Shown piece after piece: positions 27,607-38,133 of a DNA stretch of 64,000 nt. Position numbers and translations under genes: made by a program. The notes under the pieces were generated by a model. That model had not been told where the DNA came from, searched no databases, and saw nothing but the letters and a program-made list of their open reading frames with translations. Each line of letters opens with the position of its first letter. The first letter of the stretch is position 1. The DNA is from an uncultured Woeseia sp. (GTDB lineage: Bacteria > Pseudomonadota > Gammaproteobacteria > Steroidobacterales > Woeseiaceae): NCBI GenBank assembly GCA_937925605.1, contig CALALV010000001.1, forward strand, positions 1,229 to 65,228. Direction: 5' to 3'.

Positions 27607-28467
27607 TCAGCTGCCGCTCGTGGCGAGGATCCGGCCGAGCCGGCTGCGGCCGAGCGCGGCGGTCCGGAACGGGTCGGCCGGCCGGTCGTGCTCCACGAAC
27701 AGGTGCTGCAGGTGCGCGGCCGCCGGCGACGCGAGTATCGCCGCGAAGTCGATCCGCCCGCTGCCGACGTCGACGATCTGCCCGTCGTCACCGATGTCCT
27801 TGAGGTGCGCGAGCGCGTAGCGCGACGGGTCCTGCGCGAGCACGTCGAGCACGTCGTGCCCCGCGCGCGTCACCCAGTAGAAGTCGAGTTCGAAGTCTAC
27901 GAGCTGCGGGTCGGTGCGTTCGCGCAGGACGTCGAGCGGCAGCCGGGCGTCGATGGCCGCGAGCTCGAAATCGTGGTTGTGGTAGGCGAGCCGCAGGCCG
28001 CGGCTGTGCGCGGCCTCGGCGATCCGGTTCAGCTCGTCGGCACGCCGGCGGTAGTCGTCCAGCGTCCGCCGCTCGTCCGGTTCGAGCCAGGGGACGGTGA
28101 CGTAGCGGTGCCCGATCGTCGCTGCCGCGTCGAGCAACGGAGCCGGCGCGGCACGCAGCTCGCCGAGCGGTAGGTGCGCGCTCGAGGCGGCCAGGCCGAA
28201 TTCGCCCAACAGACGGCGGATGTCGGCCGGCGAATGCCCGAAGTAGCCCGCGAACTCGACGTCGCGATAGCCGATGGCCGCGACGGCCTCGAGCGTCGCC
28301 GCGACGTCGTCGGCCATCGAGGCGCGCAGCGTGTACAGCTGGATACCCGGCAGCCGCGGCGTCGGCCGGCTCGCAGCGCGCGCGGCGCGCGGCCGCGCGA
28401 GCCATAGTGTCCCGGCGGCCGCGCCGGCGGCGAGCAGCTCGCGGCGACTGACGGAGTGCTTTTTCAT
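27607..28467 (-). CDS. Tat-exported sugar phosphate isomerase/epimerase (xylose-isomerase-like TIM barrel)
   Basis: ATG at 28467 ([31 protein letters not shown], twin-Arg). YRDVEFAGYF..., AYHNHDFEL, LFVEHD. The 570-aa listed ORF is an upstream extension antisense to the MFS gene. Confidence 0.8.
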   Translation of the reverse strand: MKKHSVSRRELLAAGAAAGTLWLARPRAARAASRPTPRLPGIQLYTLRASMADDVAATLEAVAAIGYRDVEFAGYFGHSPADIRRLLGEFGLAASSAHLPLGELRAAPAPLLDAAATIGHRYVTVPWLEPDERRTLDDYRRRADELNRIAEAAHSRGLRLAYHNHDFELAAIDARLPLDVLRERTDPQLVDFELDFYWVTRAGHDVLDVLAQDPSRYALAHLKDIGDDGQIVDVGSGRIDFAAILASPAAAHLQHLFVEHDRPADPFRTAALGRSRLGRILATSGS

Positions 28468-28539
28468 GCGCTTGTCCCTATTCTTGGGCCGGGGACGCTG
28501 GCGCCAGTCTAGCGAAACGGGGGAAGCAGGAGAACAATA

Positions 28540-29871
28540 ATGAGCGATGCCGCATCCGTCGCGCCGGTCGCGAAGACGCCGAAGGCACAGCTTTTTTTCA
28601 TGATGCTGCTGCAGATCTTCATCTGGGGCGCGTGGCTGCCGCTGATCTTCGGTTACCTGCCGACGCTCGGCTACACGCCGACGCAGCAGGCCTGGGTCCT
28701 GAACGCCTTCCCGGTGGCCGCGATCATCGGCCTGTTCTTCTCCAACCAGTTCGCCGACCGGAATTTCGCTGCCGAGAAATTTCTCGCCTTCAGCCACCTG
28801 GTCGGCGGCCTGTCGATGTTCGGGCTGACGCTGACGACGGATTTCTGGCCGTTCCTGGTCCTGATGTGGATTCACTGCCTGTTCTACGTGCCGACGATCT
28901 CGATCACGAACTCGATCGCGTTCGCGCACATGCGCGATCCCGCGAGCGAGTTCGGCCCGATCCGCATGGGTGGCACGATCGGCTGGGTACTGGCGGCCTG
29001 GCCCTTCGCGTTCATCTTCGTCGACTGGGCCGCGGTGCGCGCCGCGAACCCGGAGGGGATCGTCGAGCTGATCGGTACCGCGCTCGGCTCCGGGCTCAGC
29101 GGCGACGAGCTGCGCGCGGCTACACCCTGGACCTTCGGCGTCGCCGGCGCGGTCAGCCTGCTGCTCGCGGTCTACAGCCTGTTCCTGCCGCACACCCCGG
29201 CGCGCAAGGCGCGCGGCGAGGACATGGACAAGCTGGCCTGGCTCGAGGCCGCCAAGCTGCTGAAGCACCCGTTCATCCTCGTGCTGTGGATAGTCGCGCT
29301 CGCTGACTCCTTCGTGCACAACGCGTTCTTCAACTGGGCCGCGATTTTCTTTGGCAGCGACGCGGTCGGCATTCCCGGCAACTGGATCATGCCGGTCATG
29401 AGCATCGGCCAGGTCGCCGAGATCCTGACGATGCTGATCCTCGGCCTAGTGTTGAAGCGCCTCGGCTGGAAGATCACGCTGATGGTCGGCGTGCTCGGCT
29501 ACGCGCTGCGTTTCGCGATTTTCGCGTGGTTCCCCGAGTCCACCTGGCTCATCGTCCTGGTCAACCTCGTCCACGGCATCTGCTACGCGTTTTTCTTCGC
29601 GACGGTCTATATCTTCGTCGACGCGTACTTCCCGCCGGACGCGCGCTCGAGCGCGCAGGGGCTGTTCAACGTCATGATCCTCGGCATCGGCGCGCTGATC
29701 GCCAACAGCCTGTGCCCGTGGCTCCTGCAGAGCGTCTACACGGTCGACGGCGTGACCGACTTCAGGTCGATGTTCATGATCCCGATGACGATCTCGATAC
29801 TCGCCGCACTGTTGCTGGCGATTGCCTTCAGGCCGCCCGGCGACGTTGCCGCCACGGCGACCCCGCACTGA
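28540..29871 (+). CDS. MFS transporter (nucleoside:H+ symporter-like family)
   Basis: About 12 predicted TM helices. The N-terminus LFFMMLLQIFIWGAWLPLIFGYL resembles the NupG/XapB-type family. Confidence 0.8.
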   Translation: MSDAASVAPVAKTPKAQLFFMMLLQIFIWGAWLPLIFGYLPTLGYTPTQQAWVLNAFPVAAIIGLFFSNQFADRNFAAEKFLAFSHLVGGLSMFGLTLTTDFWPFLVLMWIHCLFYVPTISITNSIAFAHMRDPASEFGPIRMGGTIGWVLAAWPFAFIFVDWAAVRAANPEGIVELIGTALGSGLSGDELRAATPWTFGVAGAVSLLLAVYSLFLPHTPARKARGEDMDKLAWLEAAKLLKHPFILVLWIVALADSFVHNAFFNWAAIFFGSDAVGIPGNWIMPVMSIGQVAEILTMLILGLVLKRLGWKITLMVGVLGYALRFAIFAWFPESTWLIVLVNLVHGICYAFFFATVYIFVDAYFPPDARSSAQGLFNVMILGIGALIANSLCPWLLQSVYTVDGVTDFRSMFMIPMTISILAALLLAIAFRPPGDVAATATPH

Positions 29872-29918
29872 CGTGATCGTGCGGCTACTTCCTGCAACGG
29901 CGAGGTGAGCGGGCAGGC

Positions 29919-31589
29919 ATGAGCGGACTGACGTCACTCGACTGGATCGTGGTCGCGCTGTATTTCCTGGTGCTGGTCGCGGTGGTCGTGGCCGTGACCC
30001 GTCGCCAGCAGGACACCACCGACTACTTCCTGGCCGGCCGAAACGTCGGGTTCTTCGCGATCGGCGCGTCGATCTTCGCGTCGAACATCGGCTCCGAGCA
30101 CGTCGTCGGACTGGCCGGGCAGGGCGCCTCGACCGGTCTCGCAATGGCCCACTACGAGCTGCACGCCTGGATCGTCGTGCTGCTCGCGTGGGTGTTCGTG
30201 CCGTACTACTACAACGCGAAAGTCTTCACGATGCCGGAATTCCTGGAGCGGCGCTTCGGCCCGAAGCCGCGCTGGATCCTGTCGCTCGTCTCGCTCGCCG
30301 CCTACGTGCTGACCAAGGTGTCCGTCACCGTGTACGCCGGCGCCATCGTGTTCAGCACGCTGCTGCCGGATACGTTCGGCACCCCGCAGAACGCGTTCTG
30401 GGTCGGCGCCATCGCGACGGTCGTGCTGACCGGCCTGTACACGGTCGCCGGCGGCCTGCGCGCGGTGCTGTACACGGATGCCGTGCAGGCAATGATCCTG
30501 ATCACGGGCTCGGTCGCGATCACCTGGTTCGGCCTCGACCTGCTGGGTGGCTGGGGCGAGCTCAGGGCCTTCACCAGCGAGAACGTCGCGCAGTACGCGC
30601 TGTGGCGACCGCTGTCTGACCCCGACTTCCCCTGGCTCGGCATCCTGATCGCGTCGCCGGTGGTCGGCATCTGGTACTGGTGCACGGACCAGTACATCGT
30701 GCAGCGCACGCTGGCGGCGAAGGACCTGAGGGCCGCCCGCCGCGGCGCGCTGTTCGGCGCGTTTCTCAAGATCTCGCCGGTTATGATCTTCCTGGTACCG
30801 GGCCTGATTGGCGCAGCGCTGAATGCCAAGGGGCTGATGGCGATCCCGACGGACTCGGCCGGCGGCCTGGTCGGTGACCAGGTGTTCCCGACGATGGTCA
30901 CGGCCCTGCTGCCGGAGGGCCTGCGCGGACTCGTCGTCGCCGCGCTGATGGCGGCGCTGATGAGCTCGCTGTCCTCGCTGTTCAACTCGACCGCGACGCT
31001 GTTCACGGTAGACATCTACGAGAAGCTCAGGCCCGATGCCGGCGAGCGCCGTTACGTGCAGGTCGGGCGCCTCGCGACCGTCGTCGTCGTGGTGCTCGGA
31101 CTCGTCTGGATCCCGGTCATGCCGATGATCTCGAAGGGCGGCCTCTACCAGTACCTGCAGAGCGTGCAGGGCTACCTCGCGCCGCCGATCACGGCGGTGT
31201 TCCTGCTCGGCATCTTCTGGAGCCGCATGAATCACCGCGGCGCGGTCTGGGGCCTCGGGCTGGGCTTCGCGCTCGGCACCGCCAAATTGCTGATCCAGGC
31301 CCTGTTCGGGGCCGGCAAGATCGAGTCGCCGGCCCTGCTCGCCGCCGTCGGCGACTTCAACTTCCTGTACTTCTCGGGCGTGCTGTTCCTGGTCAGCGTC
31401 ATCACGATCGTGCTGGCGTCGCGCCTCGATCCGCCGCCGGACCGGGACCGCATTCGCGGCCTGACCTGGGACTCGGTGGACCGCGCGGCCGTGCGCGCGA
31501 GCTGGGACGGCCGCGACGTGGCCGCTACTGTCGTCGTGCTCGGTCTCGTCGCGGCCGTTTACCTGTACTTCTCGTTCTGGGTCGCCTGA
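29919..31589 (+). CDS. Sodium:solute symporter (SSF; SGLT-like sugar/inositol transporter)
   Basis: DYFLAGRNVGFFAIGASIFASNIGSEHVVGLAGQGASTGLA is the SSF signature region. About 14 TM helices. Confidence 0.85.
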   Translation: MSGLTSLDWIVVALYFLVLVAVVVAVTRRQQDTTDYFLAGRNVGFFAIGASIFASNIGSEHVVGLAGQGASTGLAMAHYELHAWIVVLLAWVFVPYYYNAKVFTMPEFLERRFGPKPRWILSLVSLAAYVLTKVSVTVYAGAIVFSTLLPDTFGTPQNAFWVGAIATVVLTGLYTVAGGLRAVLYTDAVQAMILITGSVAITWFGLDLLGGWGELRAFTSENVAQYALWRPLSDPDFPWLGILIASPVVGIWYWCTDQYIVQRTLAAKDLRAARRGALFGAFLKISPVMIFLVPGLIGAALNAKGLMAIPTDSAGGLVGDQVFPTMVTALLPEGLRGLVVAALMAALMSSLSSLFNSTATLFTVDIYEKLRPDAGERRYVQVGRLATVVVVVLGLVWIPVMPMISKGGLYQYLQSVQGYLAPPITAVFLLGIFWSRMNHRGAVWGLGLGFALGTAKLLIQALFGAGKIESPALLAAVGDFNFLYFSGVLFLVSVITIVLASRLDPPPDRDRIRGLTWDSVDRAAVRASWDGRDVAATVVVLGLVAAVYLYFSFWVA

Positions 31590-31677
31590 GCGGCGCCGCC
31601 CCCGCGCGCGACGGCCCGGCTTGCGGCCAGGGGGTCGTTCGGGGCAGGCTCCCGCCTGTGCTTCGAGGAGATCAGAC

Positions 31678-33384
31678 GTGAAGAAATCCGGACTGCTCGT
31701 CCTGCTGCTCGTAACCGCCTGCCGCCCGGCCGAGGGACCGCCGGCCGGTCCCGCGGCCGGCGCCGACTGGTCGCGTGGCGGCATGGTCGCCGCTGCGAGC
31801 CCCTACGCCGTCGCCGTGGCGAGCGAGATACTCGAGCGCGGCGGCCACGCGGTCGACGCGGCGATTGCCGCGCATGCCGTGCTCGGCCTGGTCGAGCCGG
31901 AGAGTTCGGGCCTCGGCGGCAGCGTGTTCCTGTTGGTGCACGAGCACGGCGCGAACACGCCGGTCCTCTACGACGGGCGCGAGACCGCGCCGGCCGGGGC
32001 GACGGCATCGATGTTCGTCGTCGACGGCCAGCCGCTCGGCTTCCGCGAGGCCTGGCAGACCGGCATCGGGGTCGGCGTGCCGGGCACCGTCGCCGCCTAC
32101 GCGGCGGCGCACGCGCAACACGGGCGCCTGCCCTGGGCGGAGCTGTTCCGGCCGGCCATCCTGCTCGCGAAAGAAGGTTTCGCGGTGCCGCCGAAACTGC
32201 ACAACTGGCTGCTGCGGCTCGCGCCGCTGATCGATGCGGAGCGCTCGCCGGCGGCCGCCGCCTACCTGTACCCGGACGGCGAGCCGCTCGCGCAGGGCGC
32301 GCGCCGGGACAACCCGGCCTATGCGGCGACGCTCGAACGCATCGCCGCCGAGGGGCCGTCAGCTTTCTATAGTGGCGACATTGCCCGCGATATCGCCGCG
32401 CGGGCGCAGCAGGCGCCGCTGCCCGGCACGCTGACCACCGCAGACCTCGCGGCCTACGAGGTCGTGCGTCGCGAGGCCGTCTGCGGCGCCTTCCGCGACT
32501 ACCGCATCTGCTCGGCGCCGCCGCCGTCGTCCGGCGTCGCGCAGGTGATGATCGCCGGGCTTTACGATCGCCTGCTGCCGGACGCCGCGTCGCCGCTCAC
32601 GGCCTTCGTCGACGCGCAGCGGCTGGCTTACGCCGATCGCGACCGCTACATCGCCGACCCGGCTTTCGCCGACGTGCCGCTCGCCGAGCTGATCGAGCCG
32701 GCCTACCTCGACCGGCGCGCGGCAGAGCGCGCGGCCCCGGACGCGCTGCCGGAGCCGGGCGCGCCGCGCGGCGAGGCTGACACGGGCGGGGCGGACGCAA
32801 CGCGCGAGGCGCCCGGCACCTCGCACCTGTCGATCGTGGACGCCGACGGCAACGCGGTATCGCTGACGGCATCCGTCGGCGCCCCCTTCGGCTCGCTGCG
32901 CATGGTGCACGGTTTCCTGCTGAACAACGAAATGAGCGACTTCGCCTTCGTGCCGGTCGAGCGCGGCGAGCCGGTCGCGAACGCCGTCGAGCCGGGCAAG
33001 CGGCCGCGTTCGTCGATGTCGCCGACGATGGTCTACGGCGCGGACGGCGAGCTCGCGCTGGTCACCGGCTCGCCCGGCGGCAACTCGATCGTCGCCTACG
33101 TCGCGAAGAGCGTGCTCGGCGTCCTCGACTGGGGCCTGACCGCGCAGGCCGCGGCCGACTACCCCAACGTGATCGCGCGCGGCGAGAGCGTGCGTGTCGA
33201 GACGGCCGACGACACCGGCCGCGCGCTCGCGGCGGAGCTCGCGGAGCTGGGCTACGACGTACGCGAGAGCGAGGGAGAGAATTCCGGGCTGCACCTCGTG
33301 GTCGTGCGCCCGGACGGGCTGGAGGGGGCCGCCGACAGCCGGCGCGACGGCACGACCGCGGCCGTTGCCCCGCGTACCCGCTGA
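31678..33384 (+). CDS. ggt: Gamma-glutamyltransferase (lipoprotein-type signal)
   Basis: GTG at 31678, 7 nt after GAGGAG. Lipobox LLVTAC. Autoprocessing and nucleophile region [28 protein letters not shown]. Confidence 0.9.
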   Translation: MKKSGLLVLLLVTACRPAEGPPAGPAAGADWSRGGMVAAASPYAVAVASEILERGGHAVDAAIAAHAVLGLVEPESSGLGGSVFLLVHEHGANTPVLYDGRETAPAGATASMFVVDGQPLGFREAWQTGIGVGVPGTVAAYAAAHAQHGRLPWAELFRPAILLAKEGFAVPPKLHNWLLRLAPLIDAERSPAAAAYLYPDGEPLAQGARRDNPAYAATLERIAAEGPSAFYSGDIARDIAARAQQAPLPGTLTTADLAAYEVVRREAVCGAFRDYRICSAPPPSSGVAQVMIAGLYDRLLPDAASPLTAFVDAQRLAYADRDRYIADPAFADVPLAELIEPAYLDRRAAERAAPDALPEPGAPRGEADTGGADATREAPGTSHLSIVDADGNAVSLTASVGAPFGSLRMVHGFLLNNEMSDFAFVPVERGEPVANAVEPGKRPRSSMSPTMVYGADGELALVTGSPGGNSIVAYVAKSVLGVLDWGLTAQAAADYPNVIARGESVRVETADDTGRALAAELAELGYDVRESEGENSGLHLVVVRPDGLEGAADSRRDGTTAAVAPRTR

Positions 33385-33388
33385 GCCG

Positions 33389-33413
33389 GCCCGGCAGGCC
33401 GGGCTACTCTCTT
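33389..33413 (+). terminator. Weak hairpin plus T-rich tail after ggt
   Basis: GCCCGGC-ag-GCCGGGC, then TACTCTCTTT. A TATAAT hexamer at 33414-33419 could serve pgm. Confidence 0.35.
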
Positions 33414-33467
33414 TATAATCTGGGGCGGCCGGTGCACGCCGGCTGCCCCACGGCTACAGGAATCGCC

Positions 33468-35114
33468 ATGTCATTGCATCCGCTCGCCGGCAAGCCGGCG
33501 CCCGAGTCGCTGCTCGAGAACATCCCGCGGCTGGTCGCGAACTACTACAGCCTGCAGCCGGACCCGCAGGACCCGGCCCAGCGCGTGGCATTCGGCACCT
33601 CCGGGCACCGCGGCAGCGCGCTCGCCGGCAGCTTCAACGAGGCGCACATCCTCGCGGTCAGCCAGGCCGTGGCCGAGTACCGCGCGGCGGCGGGCATCGA
33701 CGGCCCGCTGTTCCTGGGCATGGACACGCACGCGCTGTCGGAACCGGCGCTGATCAGCGCCGTCGAGGTGCTGGCGGCGAACGGCGTGGCGCTGCGTCTC
33801 GACCACGAACTCGGCTACACGCCGACCCCGGTCGTCTCGCACGCTATCCTCGCGCACAACCGCAACGCGGCAGGCGGCGCGCAGGCGGACGGCATCGTCA
33901 TCACGCCCTCGCACAACCCGCCGGCCGACGGCGGCTTCAAGTACAACCCGCCGAGCGGCGGCCCGGCCGACACGGCGATCACCCGCGCGATCGAGCGCCG
34001 CGCGAACGAACTGCTGGATGCACCGGGCGACATCCGCCGCTGGCCCTGGGCGCGCGCGATGGCCGCGGAGCACGTCGTCCGCCACGATTTCCGCACGCCC
34101 TACGTCGAGGGCCTCGGCGAGGTCATCGACATGGAGGCGATCCGCGCCGCGGGCGTCCGCATCGGCGCCGACCCGATGGGCGGTTCGGGCGTCGCCTACT
34201 GGGGGCCGATCGCCGAGCGCTACGGCCTCGATCTCGAGGTCGTCAACGACAGCGTGGACCCGACCTTCCGCTTCATGAGCGTCGACAAGGACGGCAAGAT
34301 CCGCATGGACTGCTCGTCGCCGTCGGCGATGGCGGGGCTGATCGGGCTCAAGGACCGCTACGACATCGCGTTCGGCAACGACACCGATTTCGACCGGCAC
34401 GGTATCGTCACGCCGAGCGTCGGGCTGATGAACCCGAACCACTACCTCGCCGTCGCGATCGGCTGGCTGTTCAGCCGCCGGCCGGACTGGCCGGCGAGCG
34501 CCGCGGTCGGCAAGACGCTGGTCAGCAGCAGCATGATCGATCGCGTGGCCGCGGAGCTCGGCCGCGAGCTGCTCGAGGTGCCGGTGGGCTTCAAGTGGTT
34601 CGTCGACGGCCTGCTGGACGGTTCGCTCGGTTTCGGCGGCGAAGAGAGCGCCGGCGCGTCGTTCCTGCGCCGCGACGGCGGCGCCTGGTCGACGGACAAG
34701 GACGGCATCATCCTCGACCTGCTGGCCGCGGAGATCACGGCCACGAGCGGCCGCGATCCCGGCGAGCATTACCGCGAGCTCGAAGCGCGCTTCGGCTCGC
34801 CCGTCTACCGGCGCATCGACGCGCCGGCCAGCCGCGAGCAGAAAGCCGTTCTGGCCGCGCTGTCGCCGGACAAGGTCAGCGCCACGGAACTGGCCGGCGA
34901 GCGGATAACGGCGCGGCTGACGCGCGCGCCCGGCAACGACGCGGCGATCGGCGGCCTCAAGGTCGTGACCGAGAACGGCTGGTTCGCCGCGCGGCCGTCC
35001 GGGACCGAGGACCTGTACAAGATCTACGCCGAGAGCTTCCGCGGCGAGGATCACCTGGACGCGATCCTGGCCGACGCCCGCGACATCGTCGCCGCCGCGC
35101 TGGCCGACGCCTGA
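33468..35114 (+). CDS. pgm: Phosphoglucomutase, alpha-D-glucose phosphate-specific
   Basis: [10 protein letters not shown]..., FGTSGHRG (active-site Ser), [19 protein letters not shown]. Confidence 0.9.
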   Translation: MSLHPLAGKPAPESLLENIPRLVANYYSLQPDPQDPAQRVAFGTSGHRGSALAGSFNEAHILAVSQAVAEYRAAAGIDGPLFLGMDTHALSEPALISAVEVLAANGVALRLDHELGYTPTPVVSHAILAHNRNAAGGAQADGIVITPSHNPPADGGFKYNPPSGGPADTAITRAIERRANELLDAPGDIRRWPWARAMAAEHVVRHDFRTPYVEGLGEVIDMEAIRAAGVRIGADPMGGSGVAYWGPIAERYGLDLEVVNDSVDPTFRFMSVDKDGKIRMDCSSPSAMAGLIGLKDRYDIAFGNDTDFDRHGIVTPSVGLMNPNHYLAVAIGWLFSRRPDWPASAAVGKTLVSSSMIDRVAAELGRELLEVPVGFKWFVDGLLDGSLGFGGEESAGASFLRRDGGAWSTDKDGIILDLLAAEITATSGRDPGEHYRELEARFGSPVYRRIDAPASREQKAVLAALSPDKVSATELAGERITARLTRAPGNDAAIGGLKVVTENGWFAARPSGTEDLYKIYAESFRGEDHLDAILADARDIVAAALADA

Positions 35115-35178
35115 GTCGCGCCGTGCCGCGCTGCGGCCCGGACAGCATCAGCATCCCGACAGGAATAACGAAGACGAC

Positions 35179-36147
35179 ATGAACGAACGCGTAGCCGTAG
35201 CCCCGATGATGGATTGGACCGACCGGCACTGCCGGTACTTCCTGCGCCTGCTCGGCCCGCGCACCCGCCTGTACACCGAGATGATCACGGCCGCGGCGCT
35301 GCATCACGGCGACCGCGAGCGGCTGCTCGGCTTCGATGCGGCCGAGCACCCGGTCGCGCTGCAGCTCGGCGGCAGCGATCCGGCGCTGATGGCCGAGGCG
35401 GCGGCGATGGGCGCGGAGGCCGGCTACGACGAGGTCAACATCAACGTCGGCTGCCCGTCCGACCGCGTGCAGAGCGGCCGCTTCGGTGCCTGCCTGATGG
35501 CCGAGCCGGCCACCGTCGCCGCCTGCGTCACGGCGATGCGCGAGGCCTGCGACCGGCCGGTCACGGTCAAGACGCGCATCGGCATCGACGGCCACGATTC
35601 CTGGGAGTGGTTCCGGGACTTCGTGCTGCGGGTCGCCGACGCCGGCTGCGAGACGTTCATCGTGCATGCGCGTATCGCGATCCTCGACGGCCTGAGCCCG
35701 AAGGAGAACCGCACGGTGCCGCCGCTCAATTACCCGCGCGTGTACCGGCTGAAAGAGACTCGCCCGGACCTGCGGGTCGTGCTGAACGGCGGGATCACCG
35801 ACGTGGCCGCGGCGCGCGCGCACCTCGCGCACGTCGACGGCGTCATGATCGGCCGCCAGGCGTACCAGGACCCGTGGTTCCTGGTCGAGCTCGATCGTGC
35901 ACTGGGCGGCGGTGACGGCCTGCCGGCGAGTCGCGAAGCGGTCATTGCCGCGCTCTGCGATTACGTCGCGACCGAGCTTGCCGCCGGCACGCGCCTGCAG
36001 CAGATCAGCCGCCACCTGCACGGCCTGTTCGCCGGCTGCCCCGGCGCCCGTGCCTGGCGACGGCACCTCAGCGAACACGCGCACCTGCCCGGCGCGGGCT
36101 ACGAGGTGCTGAGCGACGCCCTGGCGGCCGTGCCGGCGGCCGCCTGA
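35179..36147 (+). CDS. dusA: tRNA dihydrouridine(20/20a) synthase DusA
   Basis: VAPMMDWTDRHCRYFLRLL..., INVGCPSDRVQSGRFGACLM, VHARIAILDGLSPKENR. Confidence 0.9.
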   Translation: MNERVAVAPMMDWTDRHCRYFLRLLGPRTRLYTEMITAAALHHGDRERLLGFDAAEHPVALQLGGSDPALMAEAAAMGAEAGYDEVNINVGCPSDRVQSGRFGACLMAEPATVAACVTAMREACDRPVTVKTRIGIDGHDSWEWFRDFVLRVADAGCETFIVHARIAILDGLSPKENRTVPPLNYPRVYRLKETRPDLRVVLNGGITDVAAARAHLAHVDGVMIGRQAYQDPWFLVELDRALGGGDGLPASREAVIAALCDYVATELAAGTRLQQISRHLHGLFAGCPGARAWRRHLSEHAHLPGAGYEVLSDALAAVPAAA

Positions 36148-36249
36148 AGCACTGGGCCGACGCCGCGGCAGAGTGCCGGTGATTGTTGCCGCCGCTGCCG
36201 TTACAATGCCCGGTTCCTGCCCCTGCCTTGCGAGGATTGCCTGACTATC

Positions 36250-37083
36250 ATGAGTGGCAAGCACGCCGAGAAGTCCGGAAAAAAGCGCACGATGGCCGAC
36301 GAGGCCGACATCCACGAGCTCTACGAGCTGTCCGTGCAGAACGTCGAGCACGAGGTGGAGTTCCTGCAGCAGACGTTTCGTGAAATTCGCGGCCGCGAGG
36401 CCCGCGTGCTGCGCGAGGACTTCTGCGGCACGGCTTCCGCATCCTGCGAGTGGGTCCGGCAGGGCAAGGACTTCCAGGCCATCGGCGTGGACATCGACCC
36501 GTCGGTGTTGGAGTGGGGCAGGGGGAACCGTGTCGGGCGCCTGCCGGCCGAGGACCGCGCCCGGGTGAGCCTGATCGAGGCCAACGTGCTGGAGGTGGAG
36601 ACGCCGCCGGTCGACCTGCTCGTTGCATTCAACTTCAGCTATTTCATCTTCACCGAGCGCGCGCGCATGCTCGAGTACTTCCGGCGCGCGCATGCAGCCC
36701 TGAAGGACGACGGGCTGTTCATCACCGACGTGTTCGGCGGCCCCGAGGCGCAGGAGGAAACGAAGGAAAAGACGAAATTCAAGGAACACGGCTTCACCTA
36801 CGTCTGGGACCAGGCCGAGTTCCACCCGGTGACCAACTGGATGCGCTGCGCGATCCACTTCAAGTTCAGGGACGGCTCGAAGATCAAGGACGCCTTCACC
36901 TACGAATGGCGGCTGTATTCGGCGCCCGAGATCCGCGACATCATGCTCGAGGCCGGCTTCCGCAAGGTCACCGTGTACTGGGAGGGCGAGGACGAGGACG
37001 GCGAGGGCAACGGCGAATTCACGCCGGAGCAGCGCGGCGAGGCGGACCTGGCCTGGATAGCCTATATTGTCGCCGAGAAATAG
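36250..37083 (+). CDS. Class I SAM-dependent methyltransferase
   Basis: RVLREDFCGTASASCEWVR...AIGVDID is a motif I-like region, and LKDDGLFITDVFGG is a post-I motif. Alternative start at 36292. Confidence 0.75.
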   Translation: MSGKHAEKSGKKRTMADEADIHELYELSVQNVEHEVEFLQQTFREIRGREARVLREDFCGTASASCEWVRQGKDFQAIGVDIDPSVLEWGRGNRVGRLPAEDRARVSLIEANVLEVETPPVDLLVAFNFSYFIFTERARMLEYFRRAHAALKDDGLFITDVFGGPEAQEETKEKTKFKEHGFTYVWDQAEFHPVTNWMRCAIHFKFRDGSKIKDAFTYEWRLYSAPEIRDIMLEAGFRKVTVYWEGEDEDGEGNGEFTPEQRGEADLAWIAYIVAEK

Positions 37084-37220
37084 TTTAGTTTATAAGTGCT
37101 TGGGCAACCTTCTTCAGCGCCTGCGGCGCTGTGAATCCGCGCATGTCAGCGGCGGGCCCAGCGCCTATAATCCCCGCACGGCCGGACAGCGGCGGCGGCA
37201 GCTCAGTGGACCAGGAGCAG

Positions 37221-38114
37221 ATGGCTAAAGATCTCGAAGTGGCGATACTGTTCGCGGACGTCGTCGGCAGCACCCAGCTCTACGACAAGTTCGGCGACAC
37301 CAAGGCCAGCGAGACCGTGGCTCACTGCCTGGGCGTCATGAAGGAATCCACCGGGCAGTGGAACGGCACTGTCATCAAGACCATCGGCGACGAGGTCATG
37401 TCGACCTTCCCGACGATCGACGAGGCGATGGGCGCCGCGACCCAGATGCAGACGCGCATTTCGGGCGGGGACGGGGAGGACGAAATCCCGGTGTCCATTC
37501 GCATCGGCTGCCATTTCGGCCCGGTGGTCCGCGAGCACAACGACATCTTCGGCGCGGCCGTGCATACCGCGAACCGCATGACCTCGCAGGCCAAGGCGCG
37601 CCAGATCGTCATCTCCGGCAGCTCGGTCGAGCGTATGAGCGAGGAATGGAAGTCGCAGACCCGCCAGATCGACGTCGCGACGGTGCGCGGCCGGCTCGAC
37701 GAGGTGGCGCTCTACGAGCTGGTCTGGCAGCCCGAGGAAGCGACCAGCATGCTGCCGACGATCGAGTGGGACAACAAGGCCCGCAAGGCGAACAAGCTGA
37801 CGCTGTCGTTCCGCGAGCAGACCGTCGTCGTCAACGATCGCAAGAAGAGCATCAACATCGGCCGCGCGGACGACAATGACCTCGTGATCAAGGGCAACCT
37901 GATATCACGCATCCATGCCAAGATAGAAATGCGGCGGGGCAAGTTCATCCTGGTCGACCAGAGTACCAACGGTACCTTCCTGCAGAACGTCAAGGGCGAG
38001 GAGACCTTTGTCCGCCGCGACAGCACGGAGCTGTCGGGCGAGGGCATCATCGGTCTCGGCAGGGTCGCCAAGCCCGGCACGCCGCTGGCGATTCACTTCA
38101 TCTGCGAGTCCTGA
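37221..38114 (+). CDS. Class III adenylate/guanylate cyclase with a C-terminal FHA domain
   Basis: ATG at 37221 after [15 protein letters not shown] and [11 protein letters not shown] (metal Asps, Lys), and [11 protein letters not shown] signature [13 protein letters not shown]...ISRIHAKI...DQSTNGTFL. Confidence 0.8.
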   Translation: MAKDLEVAILFADVVGSTQLYDKFGDTKASETVAHCLGVMKESTGQWNGTVIKTIGDEVMSTFPTIDEAMGAATQMQTRISGGDGEDEIPVSIRIGCHFGPVVREHNDIFGAAVHTANRMTSQAKARQIVISGSSVERMSEEWKSQTRQIDVATVRGRLDEVALYELVWQPEEATSMLPTIEWDNKARKANKLTLSFREQTVVVNDRKKSINIGRADDNDLVIKGNLISRIHAKIEMRRGKFILVDQSTNGTFLQNVKGEETFVRRDSTELSGEGIIGLGRVAKPGTPLAIHFICES

Positions 38115-38133
38115 CGGACCCGCGCCGCGGAGC

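Noticed and set aside
27607-29319. 570-aa version of the TIM-barrel ORF
   Set aside because: The upstream 284 codons are antisense to the MFS transporter. The real start is the ATG at 28467, which gives a Tat signal peptide.
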